This document shows, piece by piece, positions 18,586 through 28,673 of a stretch of DNA of 64,000 bases. A model generated the notes under the pieces. It made no database searches and was not told the DNA's origin. It saw only the letters and a list, made by a program, of their open reading frames with translations. Position 1 is the first letter of the stretch. Each line of letters begins with the position of its first letter. Made by a program: the position numbers and the translations under genes. The DNA comes from an uncultured delta proteobacterium (GTDB taxonomy: Bacteria; Myxococcota_A; Polyangia; Polyangiales; JAFGIB01). Location: NCBI GenBank assembly GCA_963778655.1, contig CAVZVA010000009.1:896001-960000 (forward strand). Reading direction: 5' to 3'.

Positions 18586-19995
18586 ATGCGTGACCCCCGC
18601 GGTGTGATTCGGCCGTACGAAACGGAAGTCGAGTTTGCCTCGCGCCTTGCGGACATGGTGTGGATCAGCGTCGCGTTGTTCATCGTGTCGCTGGTCTTCG
18701 GTGAGCCGTGGCACAACGGTGAGAGCCTCGCTGCCGCTGCGGCTTCCATCCTCTTCTACCTGTTCGGCGAGGCTAGCGGGCTCTACCGCCCCCAGCGTGG
18801 GGAGCCCGTGCGCGAAGAGCTCATGCACCTGGCGACCGCCTGGCTGGGGGTCGTCGCGATGCTCCTGCTCGTGGCGTTCTTGACCAAGACCTCGGCGCAC
18901 TATTCCCGAAAGATGATGGCCGCGTGGGTGGTCGTTGCGCCGGGAGCACTTTGGGCTTGGCGCGTCGTCTTGCGCATCATGCTGCAGGAAGCGCGCGTGC
19001 GCGGCTACAACAGCCGGGCCGCGGCGATCGTCGGGGTGTCGGCGGTCGGCGAGCGGTTGGCGCGCCGCATTGCGCTGTCGCCTTGGATGGGCGTCAGGCT
19101 GGTCGGGTTCTTCGACGACCGCGGCATCGAACGGTTGGAGCCGAACAACGAGGTGCAGATCGAAGTGCAGGGCGGCTTCGACGCGCTGGTCGACAAGGCT
19201 CGCCGTCGCGAGGTCGACATGGTGTACATCGCGCTGCCACCTCGCGCCGAGCCGCGCATCAACGCCCTGGTGCGGCGTCTGGCAGATACCACCGCTTCGG
19301 TGTACTTGGCGTACGACTTCGGCGGCTATGATCTCCTCAGCGCGCGCTGGTCCAGCGTGGGCGAGGTGCCGGTCATGAGCGTGGTCGAGGACCCGTTTCA
19401 CGGCGTCGATGGCCTCGTCAAGCGTCTCGAGGACATCGTGATGGCCGGCATCATCCTCGGCATCATCGCGGTTCCGATGGCGGTGATCGCACTGGCCGTC
19501 AAGCTGACCTCTCGCGGTCCAGTGTTCTTCCGCCAGCGCCGATATGGCCTCAACGGCGAGGAGATCCGCGTGCTCAAGTTCCGCACCATGACCGTGTGCG
19601 AGGACGGCAACGAGGTCGTGCAGGCGACGCGCAACGACAAGCGGGTCACCCCGATCGGGGCGATCTTGCGGCGCACCTCGCTCGACGAGCTGCCGCAGTT
19701 CCTCCAGGTGCTCTCGGGCACCATGTCGATCGTCGGGCCCCGGCCGCACGCGGTCGCCCACAACGAGCAATACCGCTCGCTCATCCGCGGCTACATGCGG
19801 CGGCACAAGGTCAAGCCCGGCATCACTGGTTGGGCGCAGGTCAACGGCTGGCGGGGTGAGACCGATACCGTCGACAAGATGGAGAAGAGGGTCGAGTTCG
19901 ACCTCGAGTACATCAATCGCTGGAACCTCGGCCTCGACCTCAAGATCATCCTCTTGACCGTTTGGACCGTGCTGCGCAACCGCAACGCGTACTGA
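18586..19995 (+). CDS. wcaJ: Undecaprenyl-phosphate glucose phosphotransferase (priming glycosyltransferase)
   Basis: N-terminal TMs, Rossmann-like VGFFDDR region, KFRTM, LRRTSLDELPQF, SIVGPRPHA, VKPGITGWAQVNG, DLEYI. Confidence 0.93.
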   Translation: MRDPRGVIRPYETEVEFASRLADMVWISVALFIVSLVFGEPWHNGESLAAAAASILFYLFGEASGLYRPQRGEPVREELMHLATAWLGVVAMLLLVAFLTKTSAHYSRKMMAAWVVVAPGALWAWRVVLRIMLQEARVRGYNSRAAAIVGVSAVGERLARRIALSPWMGVRLVGFFDDRGIERLEPNNEVQIEVQGGFDALVDKARRREVDMVYIALPPRAEPRINALVRRLADTTASVYLAYDFGGYDLLSARWSSVGEVPVMSVVEDPFHGVDGLVKRLEDIVMAGIILGIIAVPMAVIALAVKLTSRGPVFFRQRRYGLNGEEIRVLKFRTMTVCEDGNEVVQATRNDKRVTPIGAILRRTSLDELPQFLQVLSGTMSIVGPRPHAVAHNEQYRSLIRGYMRRHKVKPGITGWAQVNGWRGETDTVDKMEKRVEFDLEYINRWNLGLDLKIILLTVWTVLRNRNAY

Positions 19996-20017
19996 GCATG
20001 CGCGTACTGAGCATGCG
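19986..20017 (+). repeat. 15-bp tandem duplication spanning the wcaJ stop codon
   Basis: (CGCGTACTGAGCATG)x2 followed by CG. Confidence 0.9.
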
Positions 20018-20150
20018 GGCGGTGCCAGCCGCAAGCGCGCCCTCATGCGTTTTGGTTTGCCTCCAAATTTGGCGATGCGGCGGTTCGACAACGCAGCTCG
20101 CTGATCTACTGTAGACCGGCCGCGCTGCGGCGCCGGCCGCAGCGGGCCCC

Positions 20151-21221
20151 ATGTACCCATTCCCTCGGGCACGGATTTCGCTCAGCAAGAAGAGCGCGCT
20201 GGGATGCCGAGCCACGTCACCGGCGCCGTCGCATTGGGCCCTTTCTGCCACGGCACTTGCGGCGATCGTCGCCGCGGGCTGTGCGTCGTTTCCGCCGCCG
20301 CCTATTCTGCACTCGGGCATGGGCACCGCCCCAGGCATCGCCAACGATCGGCCGCCGGATGGCTCCTTGCGCGCGGGGGACCAAGTCTTGATCGATGTCA
20401 TCAGCGGGGGCCGGGTACGTCAACGCCGAGGCGTGGTGGATGCGCGGGGCCAGTTGCACGCAGCCTCCGAGCGCGATGTCGCCGTTGCGGGCTTGTCCCT
20501 GCCTCAGGCCGAAAGACGGATCGCCGAGGCCGTGCATACCTCTGACAAGTTTGCCGAAATCGAGTTGCACCTGTCGCCCCGCTCTCCCCGTCGCATGAGC
20601 GCATTCGGTGCGTTGACCAGGCCCGGGTACGTCACGCTGACTCCGGGAATGCGCGTGGTCGATGCCATCGCGGCCGCGGGCGGGGTGCAGAGGGCGTCGG
20701 CGTCCATCCTCGGCGGAGGGCCGTTGCCGGTGCCGGTAGGCGATCTCGAGGAAGCCGTGTTGATCCGCAACGGCAAGGCCCTGCCCATCAACGTCGATCA
20801 GGCGTTGCGTGGGCAGCGTCGCCACAACGTGTACCTGCACGCTGGCGACCAACTCTACGTTCCGCCTGCCACGGACAACGGGGTCAGCGTCTTGGGGCAG
20901 GTGGGCGCCCCCGGAATCTTTCCCCACCGCCACGGTCTGCGATTGACCGAAGCGCTCAGCGAAGCCGGCGGCATCACGATCGGCGGCGACAAGGACGACA
21001 TCCGTCTGATCCGCGGACCGGTCGAGGCGCCCGCGGTGTACAGGGCGAGCCTGACGGCCATTGCCGAGGGCAAGCGTAGAGACGTGCGGCTACGATCGGG
21101 GGACGTGATCTTCGTCACCGACCACCCAATGGAAGACCTGGGCGAGGTGATGAGGCTCGTCATCCCATTCGTCGCGATCGGCGTGAGCGCGCTGGTCGTC
21201 GCCCTGATCGTGTCGCAGTGA
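20151..21221 (+). CDS. Polysaccharide export/SLBB-domain lipoprotein (Wza/OPX-like), paralogue 1
   Basis: Lipobox IVAAGC, LRAGDQV, VAVAGLSL, SLBB repeats (DAIAAAGG, VSVLGQV..PG, EALSEAGG), hydrophobic C-terminal helix. Exact start uncertain. Confidence 0.8.
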   Translation: MYPFPRARISLSKKSALGCRATSPAPSHWALSATALAAIVAAGCASFPPPPILHSGMGTAPGIANDRPPDGSLRAGDQVLIDVISGGRVRQRRGVVDARGQLHAASERDVAVAGLSLPQAERRIAEAVHTSDKFAEIELHLSPRSPRRMSAFGALTRPGYVTLTPGMRVVDAIAAAGGVQRASASILGGGPLPVPVGDLEEAVLIRNGKALPINVDQALRGQRRHNVYLHAGDQLYVPPATDNGVSVLGQVGAPGIFPHRHGLRLTEALSEAGGITIGGDKDDIRLIRGPVEAPAVYRASLTAIAEGKRRDVRLRSGDVIFVTDHPMEDLGEVMRLVIPFVAIGVSALVVALIVSQ

Positions 21222-21287
21222 GCGATTGACCGAGCGGTTGGGCCTGGCAAGATGCATGGCCGGAGCTCCCGCGGAGGAGATGCAAGC

Positions 21288-22310
21288 ATGTGGCGCCGGA
21301 TCTGCAGCATCGTGTGCATCTACAGCGTGGTCGCCAGCTGTGGCGGACTGCCCCAGGCGCCCGCCTACCCGCGCAAGGGAGACGGTTTCTCGGGACCCAA
21401 TCCTCTGGCCCGCCCCGGGCTTCCCCGGGATCGCGCTCCGGCGCTCACGCTCCAACCCGGCGACGTGCTGAGCATAGACGTCGCGTCCGAGCAGACCAAG
21501 ACCTGGACGGGCATCGTGGTCGACGCTACCGGGCAAGTACATCTGCCGATGGCGGGCGACGTCGAAGTCGGCGGTCGGGGCTTGAGTGAGGCCGAGAGAA
21601 GGGTGCAAGAAGCCCTGCGCAAGTTCGACCGCTTCGTGCAAGTCACGATCGAGCTCACGGACGCCAAGGGGCAGCATGCCACCGTTCTCGGCGCGGTCAC
21701 CACGCAGGGCTCGGTTCAGCTCATCCCAGGGGCGCGGGTGGCAGACGTGATTGCGAGCGCCGGGGGACCCCTGACAGCGCCCGCAACTCCGGGCTCCCCG
21801 CCGCTATCCATGGCAGACCTGGACGGAGCGGTGCTGATTCGAGGCGGCAAGCCGCTGCCGATCAGCATCGCCAAAGCGCTACGAGGCGACCCCGCGCACA
21901 ACGTGTACGTCCACCCCGGAGACCACATCTACGTGCCGCCCGCGCTGGGCTCGAGCATCAGCGTGCTGGGGCAAGTCGGTACGCCGCGCGTGTTTCCGCA
22001 CCATGCAGGGCTGCGGCTCACGCAGGCACTCGCGCTGGCGGGCGGCGTCACCGTGGGCGCCGACAAGAGCGATATCCGCGTGATTCGGGGCACGCTCGAG
22101 GCGCCGCGTGTCTACCGCGCCAGCTTGCGTGCCGTCGTCGACGGCGATTCGCACGACGTGCTGCTGCAGCCGGGCGACATCATCTTCGTGACCGACCACC
22201 CGATCGAGGACATTGGAGAGGTCGTCGGGCTGGTTGCGCCCGTGCTCTCGCTCGGTCTGAGCAGCGCGTTGCTGGCCGTTACGCTCAACCGCACCACCAC
22301 GAGCCACTGA
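21288..22310 (+). CDS. Polysaccharide export/SLBB-domain lipoprotein (Wza/OPX-like), paralogue 2
   Basis: GGAGGAG RBS, lipobox VVASC, LQPGDVL, VDATGQVHLPMAGDVEVGG, SLBB repeats; visibly similar to the upstream paralogue (HNVY.H.GD, GD.IFVTDHP.ED.GEV). Confidence 0.85.
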   Translation: MWRRICSIVCIYSVVASCGGLPQAPAYPRKGDGFSGPNPLARPGLPRDRAPALTLQPGDVLSIDVASEQTKTWTGIVVDATGQVHLPMAGDVEVGGRGLSEAERRVQEALRKFDRFVQVTIELTDAKGQHATVLGAVTTQGSVQLIPGARVADVIASAGGPLTAPATPGSPPLSMADLDGAVLIRGGKPLPISIAKALRGDPAHNVYVHPGDHIYVPPALGSSISVLGQVGTPRVFPHHAGLRLTQALALAGGVTVGADKSDIRVIRGTLEAPRVYRASLRAVVDGDSHDVLLQPGDIIFVTDHPIEDIGEVVGLVAPVLSLGLSSALLAVTLNRTTTSH

Positions 22311-22325
22311 GGCGGTGCGGCGGCT

Positions 22326-24362
22326 TCAGGGCGGGGTTCCTTCCGCCGCCGGCGCCTGCCGTTTCAGCAGCCGCCGGTATTCGACCGCATGCGATCCGGC
22401 CGGATAACTCTCGAGGTAGCGATTCATGGCTCGTTCGGCCCTGGGCTGCTCGCCCATCGCGCGGTAGGTCGCGATCAGCAGCTCCAGCTCGCGGGCGCTG
22501 CTCGCTTTGTCCTTGAGCACGCGCACCACGCAGTCGTTGTCACCGCGTGACAGACAGTCGAGCGCCTGTTGCAGCCGAGCTTGAGGTGCGTCGGCAGCAG
22601 CTGGCGCCGGCCGCGCGGCGGGTGGCGCCTGGGGCGGGGCGGACGGTTGTATGGCCGGCGCGGGTGTGGGGCTCGGCTCTGGCGGCGCGGGGCTCGGGGC
22701 GCTGGCTCTCGGCGGTTGGCTCGGCTCCACCCCCGAGAGCGCCGTGGTTTGAGCGGCTCGCGCCGGTCCGTGGCTCGAGGTGTGCGGCACGCCGCTCGGC
22801 GGCGCGTGCGGCGCCTCGTGTGTCGAGGAGGAGCCCGCGGAGGAACCTCTGGGCGGTTCGTTGTTGGGCGGTGCCAGCGCCTGGGATGACCCGCTGCCCA
22901 GCGTCGGTGCGCTGGCAGCCGGCTGGCCGGCGTGAGCCGCGTGCGTGGGGGCTGCCGAGGCCGGCGCTGCCGCCGCCGGAGCAGGTAACGGTGCTGGAGG
23001 AGCCTTTGGCGCGGACGCTGCAGGGCTCGGGGCGGGCTCGGGATGACTGACGACCTCTTGCCCCGCGCCGACCGTGCCTCCGCCGAACACGCGGGCCAGC
23101 CCTGCCGCCGCGGCTAGCCCCGTACCGAGAATCACCCACAGCATCCAGCGCGATCCCTCTGAGTGGCGATCGACATCCGGGAGCATGAACGGGGTTTCGT
23201 CGAGCGCGTGCTCATCGTCGCCTGAGGGCAGGGTCACGCGGGAAGCAGCCTCGCGCACGGTGGTGGCACTCGGCGCGCGCTCCCCAGGGTCGCTGCCGGG
23301 GGCCACGGGTCTTGCCGCCTGTGCCCGCAGATCATCGGTGCGCCCCGGACCAGGAGGTCGATCGCTGGTCACACGCGACGGCCGATCGCTGTCGCCCGCG
23401 CCGGGGTGGCCGGTTCGCGCGGAGAGGCTTTCGGGTGGGGGCCGGCTGCTGTCTCCCGTCGGGCTGAGCGGGACGGACCGTTCCGGCGCCGCGGGGCCAT
23501 TGCTCCCAAGCGAGGCGCCACGCCGGGTTCGATCCAGCCGCTCCCGCAGCGTGCCGGTCGCCGCGCCCGGCGACAACGATCGGGGCAGCAAGGGCGAGGG
23601 GCCGGCGTTCCTACGGGTCGCGGCCGCCGGCCGCGGCGGCAGGGGCGACCGCGGTGGGGGCCGTGGGGAAGGCCAAGGGCTGGGGTCGGCCGGGGCGCGC
23701 GAGGCGCGCGCCGGGGGCGAGGACGAAATAGGCTTGTTGGCGGCGACCTCTACAGTCGGGCTGGCGGGCAAGGGGGAGGGAGGCAGCGGCGAACGCGGGG
23801 CGGCTTTGGGCTGCGGAGGCGAGGACTCGGGTCGCGTGGCCGCGACCCCGCGCAGGGTCGGAGAGCGGCGCATCAGGGCGCTATCGATGATCTGGCGCGT
23901 CCCGGGGCTCGGCTCGCCCGGAGTGGCCAGGATTGCGAACGGCTGGGCGGCCGTGTCCGATGCCCGCACCCGCGGTGGTGGCCCGCTGCTGGTGCGGCGG
24001 TCCGAATCGGTCCGATTACGCTGGCGCTCGATCAGGGCGCGTTCGACGATGCGCTCCACGGCCTCGCGTCCGTCCGCCTCCAGGCGCACAAAGCGCACGC
24101 CCATGCCGGCAGGGCCACGGGGATCGCTCTTGTTTCGCTGCCAGACCACGCGGCCGGTTCCGCGGAAGTAATCGTCGGCCACGTCCGCCGCGCATTCGAA
24201 GCGGATCAGGGCGCCGCGCGGGGACGGGCGAGGGGTGAGGATGAACATCCCGCCCGGGGAAATGTCCCGGCACTCGCCTTCGCGTGGCTCGGTCATCGTC
24301 GGCTCGCGGTACCGAGCCACGAGCGATACCTGCAGGCGGCCTTCTTTTCGGGTGTCGTTCAC
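22326..24362 (-). CDS. TIGR02266-type PilZ-domain membrane protein (PilZ, Pro-rich linker, TM, Pro-rich linker, TPR-like C-terminus)
   Basis: RKEGR (RxxxR), [22 protein letters not shown]; single TM; GTG start overlaps the rfbA stop (GTGA). Confidence 0.8.
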   Translation of the reverse strand: MNDTRKEGRLQVSLVARYREPTMTEPREGECRDISPGGMFILTPRPSPRGALIRFECAADVADDYFRGTGRVVWQRNKSDPRGPAGMGVRFVRLEADGREAVERIVERALIERQRNRTDSDRRTSSGPPPRVRASDTAAQPFAILATPGEPSPGTRQIIDSALMRRSPTLRGVAATRPESSPPQPKAAPRSPLPPSPLPASPTVEVAANKPISSSPPARASRAPADPSPWPSPRPPPRSPLPPRPAAATRRNAGPSPLLPRSLSPGAATGTLRERLDRTRRGASLGSNGPAAPERSVPLSPTGDSSRPPPESLSARTGHPGAGDSDRPSRVTSDRPPGPGRTDDLRAQAARPVAPGSDPGERAPSATTVREAASRVTLPSGDDEHALDETPFMLPDVDRHSEGSRWMLWVILGTGLAAAAGLARVFGGGTVGAGQEVVSHPEPAPSPAASAPKAPPAPLPAPAAAAPASAAPTHAAHAGQPAASAPTLGSGSSQALAPPNNEPPRGSSAGSSSTHEAPHAPPSGVPHTSSHGPARAAQTTALSGVEPSQPPRASAPSPAPPEPSPTPAPAIQPSAPPQAPPAARPAPAAADAPQARLQQALDCLSRGDNDCVVRVLKDKASSARELELLIATYRAMGEQPRAERAMNRYLESYPAGSHAVEYRRLLKRQAPAAEGTPP

Positions 24363-25243
24363 GCGTTGGGGAGGTCGTCGAGCAGGGACATCAGGTACTG
24401 CCCGTACGCGGTCTTGCTCAAGGCAGTGCCCAGTTGCTCCAGCTGGGCAGTCGTGATCCAACCATTGCGGAAGGCGATTTCTTCAGGGCAGGCGAGCTGC
24501 AGGCCCTGGCGCACCTCGATCGTATGAACGAATTGGGCCGCGTGCAGCAGGGCGTCCGGGGTGCCGGTGTCGAGCCAGGCAAAGCCGCGCCCGAGCCTCT
24601 CCAGGTGGAGCGCTCGGCGCTCGAGGTAGAGCCGGTTCAAGTCGGTGATCTCGAGCTCTCCGCGGGCGGAAGGTCGCAACGAAGCCGCCAAGTCGCTGGC
24701 TTGGCCGTCGTAGAAGTACAGGCCGGTGACAGCGTAGTGCGACTTCGGCTTGGCCGGCTTCTCCTCGAGGCTGATCACGCGGTCCTGCGCGTCGAGCTCG
24801 GCCACGCCGTAGGCCTCGGGGTCTTTGACCCAGTAGCCGAATACCGTGGCCCCGGTCTCGCGCTTGGCCGCGCGCTCCAGCACGCCGCTAAGCCCGCCCC
24901 CGTAGAAGATGTTGTCGCCCAAGACCAGGGCGCACGGTCGGCCGCCCAGAAACTCGCGCCCGATCAGGAACGCTTGAGCCAGGCCGTCCGGGCTGGGTTG
25001 GACCGCGTACGAGAGGTCGAGCCCCCACTGGCTGCCGTCCTGGAGTAAGGCACGGAACGCGCTCTGTTCGTGGGGCGTGGTGATGACCAGGATGCGCCGG
25101 ATCCCCGACAGCATCAGCGTGGTGAGCGGGTAGTAGATCATCGGCTTGTCGTAGACCGGCATGAGCTGCTTGCTCACGCCACGAGTCAGCGGGTGCAGCC
25201 TCGTGCCTGTGCCTCCCGCCAAGATGATCCCCTGTTCAATCAT
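24359..25243 (-). CDS. rfbA: Glucose-1-phosphate thymidylyltransferase
   Basis: [57 protein letters not shown]. Confidence 0.97.
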   Translation of the reverse strand: MIEQGIILAGGTGTRLHPLTRGVSKQLMPVYDKPMIYYPLTTLMLSGIRRILVITTPHEQSAFRALLQDGSQWGLDLSYAVQPSPDGLAQAFLIGREFLGGRPCALVLGDNIFYGGGLSGVLERAAKRETGATVFGYWVKDPEAYGVAELDAQDRVISLEEKPAKPKSHYAVTGLYFYDGQASDLAASLRPSARGELEITDLNRLYLERRALHLERLGRGFAWLDTGTPDALLHAAQFVHTIEVRQGLQLACPEEIAFRNGWITTAQLEQLGTALSKTAYGQYLMSLLDDLPNA

Positions 25244-25482
25244 TGAGTCTCTCCTGGTGTTCCCGCCGTTCGGCTAGCGGAACCTGCCGCTCGGCGCAAG
25301 GGGCCGCCATTCGAGGTGCGACCCGTGCTCGAGAGCCTAGCGGGCCACCCCGGGACCGGCCACAGGATACCGCAGCAATGTGCTGGCAACGGAATAACGC
25401 GCGCCAGGACGAGCTGGTCTGGGCACCCACTTGTGCGATACTCCTCCGATCCGCAAGGCCGACGGCAAGGGACCGCGCGCAC

Positions 25483-26547
25483 ATGAGCTCAGGCAACATC
25501 CTCGTTACCGGCGGAGCCGGCTTCATCGGCTCGAACTTCCTCAACCTGTGGGTGCCGCGCCAGCCCGATCGGCTGTTCGTCAACGTCGACAAGCTCACCT
25601 ATGCCGCCAACCTCGGCAACCTGCGCGCGATCGATGCACGCGACAACTACCGCCTCGAGCGCATCGACATCGCGGACCGCGACCAGGTCGCGGACGTGTT
25701 CGAGCGGCACCAGCCCGAGCTGGTCGTGCACTTCGCCGCGGAGAGCCACGTGGACCGCAGCATCGAGGAGCCGGACGCGTTCATCCGCACCAACATCGAT
25801 GGCACCTTCAACCTGCTCGAGGCATTCCGCCGCCTGCACGCGCGCCGGCCGAGCGCACTGTTCCACCACGTCAGCACCGACGAGGTGTACGGCTCGCTGG
25901 GCGATCAAGGGTATTTCACCGAGAGCACGCCCTATGATCCCTCGAGCCCGTATTCGGCATCCAAGGCCTCGAGCGATCTGCTGGTGCGCGCGTATGCCCG
26001 CACCTACGGCTTGTCGGTCAAGATCACCAACTGCTCGAACAACTACGGCCCGTACCAATTTCCCGAGAAGCTGATCCCGTTGATGATCCTCAACGCGCTC
26101 GAGCGCAAGCCGCTGCCGGTCTACGGCGAGGGCAAGAACGTGCGCGATTGGCTCCACGTGGAGGACCACTGCGAGGCGATCTGGGCGGTGATCGAGCGCG
26201 GCCGCATCGGCGCGACCTACAACGTGGGCGGTCGCAGCGAGCGCCGCAACCTCGACGTGGTCCAGGAGATCTGCCGGCTGGTCGCGGAGGAGACCTCCGC
26301 GCCGAGCGCGGAGTTGCTCGGTCTGATCACCTACGTGCGCGACCGGCCCGGCCACGACCTGCGCTACGCGATCGACGCCTCCAAGATCGAGCGCGAGTGC
26401 GGCTGGCGCCCGCGGCACACCTTCGCTACCGGCCTGCGCGGCACCGTGCGCTGGTACCTCGAGAACCGCGCATGGGTCGACGAGGTTCGCACCGGCGACT
26501 ACCAGCGCTGGATCGACGCCAACTACGGGCGGCGCTCCCCGGCTTGA
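25483..26547 (+). CDS. rfbB: dTDP-glucose 4,6-dehydratase
   Basis: [63 protein letters not shown]. Confidence 0.97.
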   Translation: MSSGNILVTGGAGFIGSNFLNLWVPRQPDRLFVNVDKLTYAANLGNLRAIDARDNYRLERIDIADRDQVADVFERHQPELVVHFAAESHVDRSIEEPDAFIRTNIDGTFNLLEAFRRLHARRPSALFHHVSTDEVYGSLGDQGYFTESTPYDPSSPYSASKASSDLLVRAYARTYGLSVKITNCSNNYGPYQFPEKLIPLMILNALERKPLPVYGEGKNVRDWLHVEDHCEAIWAVIERGRIGATYNVGGRSERRNLDVVQEICRLVAEETSAPSAELLGLITYVRDRPGHDLRYAIDASKIERECGWRPRHTFATGLRGTVRWYLENRAWVDEVRTGDYQRWIDANYGRRSPA

Positions 26548-26601
26548 GCCTCGCTTGCGTCGCGCGTTCGGCGCTGCAAGCGGGAACGCGGGAGCCCCCG
26601 G

Positions 26602-27858
26602 TCAGGCAGGCTCCTGCACGCGCAGCAGCACCGCGCCACCGGCGGCCAGCAGCAGCGTGAGCGAGAGGATCGACAGCCGCGGATTTCCGGTGAGCAGGCT
26701 GGTCAGTCCCATCAGCGCCGGTCCGATGATGGCCGCGGACTTGCTCAGCATGTTGTAGAAACCGAAGAACTCACCGGCTTCGGCCTCGGGGATGAGCCGG
26801 CTGTAGAGCGCGCGGCTCAGCGATTGCACACCGCCCTGCACCAGCCCGATGACCACTGCCAGCGCGTAGAACTCTCGCTCGGTGCGCATGCCGTAGCCGT
26901 AGAGCGTGACGCCCACGTATACGACCAGCCCGAGCAGCACCGCGCGCTTGCTGCCGATCGCGGTGCCGAGCCGGCCGAAAGCGAGCGCCGCGGGGAAGCC
27001 GACGAATTGCGCGATCAGCAGCGCGATCGTCAAGCTGCTGGCCTTCAGCTTGAGCGAGAGCCCATAGTCCATGGCCATCGTGATCACGGTGTCGACCCCG
27101 TCGATGTACAGCCAGTACGCCAGCAGAAACATCCACACCACGCGCATCGAGCGCACGCGCAGCAGCGTGGCCCGCAGCTGACGCAGCGCGCCGGCGATCG
27201 CCTGCAGCGGTGGCACGGGCGTGCCGTCGGCATCCGGCTCGGGCACGTAGCGCAGCAAGGGCAGCGTGAACGCCACCCACCAGAGCGCAACCGTAACGAA
27301 CGACAGGCGCACTCCAGCCTCGACGCCGGAGAGCCCGAAGCGCGCAGGCTGCAGCGCCATCAGCGTGTTGAGCGCGAACAGCGAGCCCCCGCCGAGGTAG
27401 CCCAGCGCGTAGCCGAGCGCCGAGGCGCGATCGGTCTGTTCGGGCCGGGCGACCGCCAGCAGTAAGCTGTCGTAGAACACCAGGCTGGCGAAGAAGCCGA
27501 TGCTGGCCGCCGCGTAGACCCACGCGGCGGTCTGCCAGTCGCCTTTGGAGACGAGGCACAGCGCGCCGGTCATGCTCGCCCCGAGCACGGCGAAGAAGGC
27601 GAGCATGCGCTTCTTGGCGCGGCCCTTGTCGGCGATCGCGCCGAGCAAGGGCGCGCTCAACGCGACCACCAGGCTCGCGCTGGAGTTGGCCATGCCGAGA
27701 TGGAACGTGCTGGTCGTGACGTCGGCGCCTGCGCTCCAGTACTTCTTGAAGAAGAGCGGAAAGAAGCCGGCCATCACCGTGGTGGTGAAGGCCGAGTTGC
27801 CCCAGTCGTAGAAAGCCCAAGCCCAGAGCGCGCGCGTTGCCGGAGGCTCTCGCGACAT
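26602..27858 (-). CDS. MFS transporter (UMF1/Atg22-like)
   Basis: WAFYDWGNSAF, PLLGAIAD, GYALGYLGG, QSLSRALYSRLIP, EFFGFY; about 12 TMs. Confidence 0.9.
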   Translation of the reverse strand: MSREPPATRALWAWAFYDWGNSAFTTTVMAGFFPLFFKKYWSAGADVTTSTFHLGMANSSASLVVALSAPLLGAIADKGRAKKRMLAFFAVLGASMTGALCLVSKGDWQTAAWVYAAASIGFFASLVFYDSLLLAVARPEQTDRASALGYALGYLGGGSLFALNTLMALQPARFGLSGVEAGVRLSFVTVALWWVAFTLPLLRYVPEPDADGTPVPPLQAIAGALRQLRATLLRVRSMRVVWMFLLAYWLYIDGVDTVITMAMDYGLSLKLKASSLTIALLIAQFVGFPAALAFGRLGTAIGSKRAVLLGLVVYVGVTLYGYGMRTEREFYALAVVIGLVQGGVQSLSRALYSRLIPEAEAGEFFGFYNMLSKSAAIIGPALMGLTSLLTGNPRLSILSLTLLLAAGGAVLLRVQEPA

Positions 27859-27934
27859 GGCGCGATGTGATCACAGCTGCGCGCCCGCGGCAAGCACGAG
27901 GGCACCCGCACCCGGCGGACCTCGACACGGCGAG

Positions 27935-28378
27935 TCAGTCGGTGCGAACGGTTCGCACCAGCAGCCCGGCTTCGTCGAGCATCGCAGCGCTCAGGTCGAA
28001 GTCCTCCCGCCAGCGCTCCGGGATCTCGAGGCCGGCCGGGTACGCGATTTCGGCGATGCCGGCTTGTATCAGCGAGCGCGCGCAACGCGTACAGGGCGGC
28101 CAGGTCACGTACGCGATGCAGCCCTTGAGCGAGACGCCGATGCGCGCGGCGTGCATGATCGCGTTCTCCTCGGCATGGCACGCCAGTGGGTATTTCTTCT
28201 CCCGGTCTTGGAGGCGTTCGGCGTTGTCCTCGATGCCGCGGGGAAAGCCGTTGAAGCCGGTGCTGCGGATCTCGCGGTCGGGGCCCACGACCACGCAACC
28301 GACCTGCGTCGACGGGTCCTTGCTCCACTGCGCAATATGCTTCGCAAGAGCTACGAAACGCGCGTCCCAGTTCGCCAT
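27935..28378 (-). CDS. dCMP deaminase family protein (ComEB-like)
   Basis: SKDPSTQVG, GFNGFPRG, HAEENAI and PCTRC zinc-binding motifs. Confidence 0.92.
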   Translation of the reverse strand: MANWDARFVALAKHIAQWSKDPSTQVGCVVVGPDREIRSTGFNGFPRGIEDNAERLQDREKKYPLACHAEENAIMHAARIGVSLKGCIAYVTWPPCTRCARSLIQAGIAEIAYPAGLEIPERWREDFDLSAAMLDEAGLLVRTVRTD

Positions 28379-28673
28379 CGAGCGGCCGCTCCGGATCGGG
28401 TCCAAAAGGGCGGCGCGGCTGTCTCGCGGGCGCCCGGAAGCTCGCTCATACCGCGTCGCGGGATTCGCAGCCAGCTCAAATCTCGGGCCTACGCACATGT
28501 GGGACAGGGTCAGCGCGCTTTTCTGCGTTTGCCGCGAGCCGACCGCTGGACATCGCGCACACTCCGGATACGAGATAGGCTGTAGCACGGACGCGGTTCG
28601 CTTAGGATTGGGTGAGGGTGACGGTGCGAGGTCGGTCCAGGTGGCGAAGGCGTTGTCTGTCGAAGTAGCCGAG

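Noticed and set aside
25419..25440. Sigma54 promoter before rfbB (GGCACCCACTTGTGC)
   Set aside because: GG-to-GC spacing is 11 rather than the required 10.
27935..28378. Anti-phage dCTP deaminase
   Set aside because: Single 147 aa deaminase domain without the kinase-like module; fits housekeeping dCMP deaminase.
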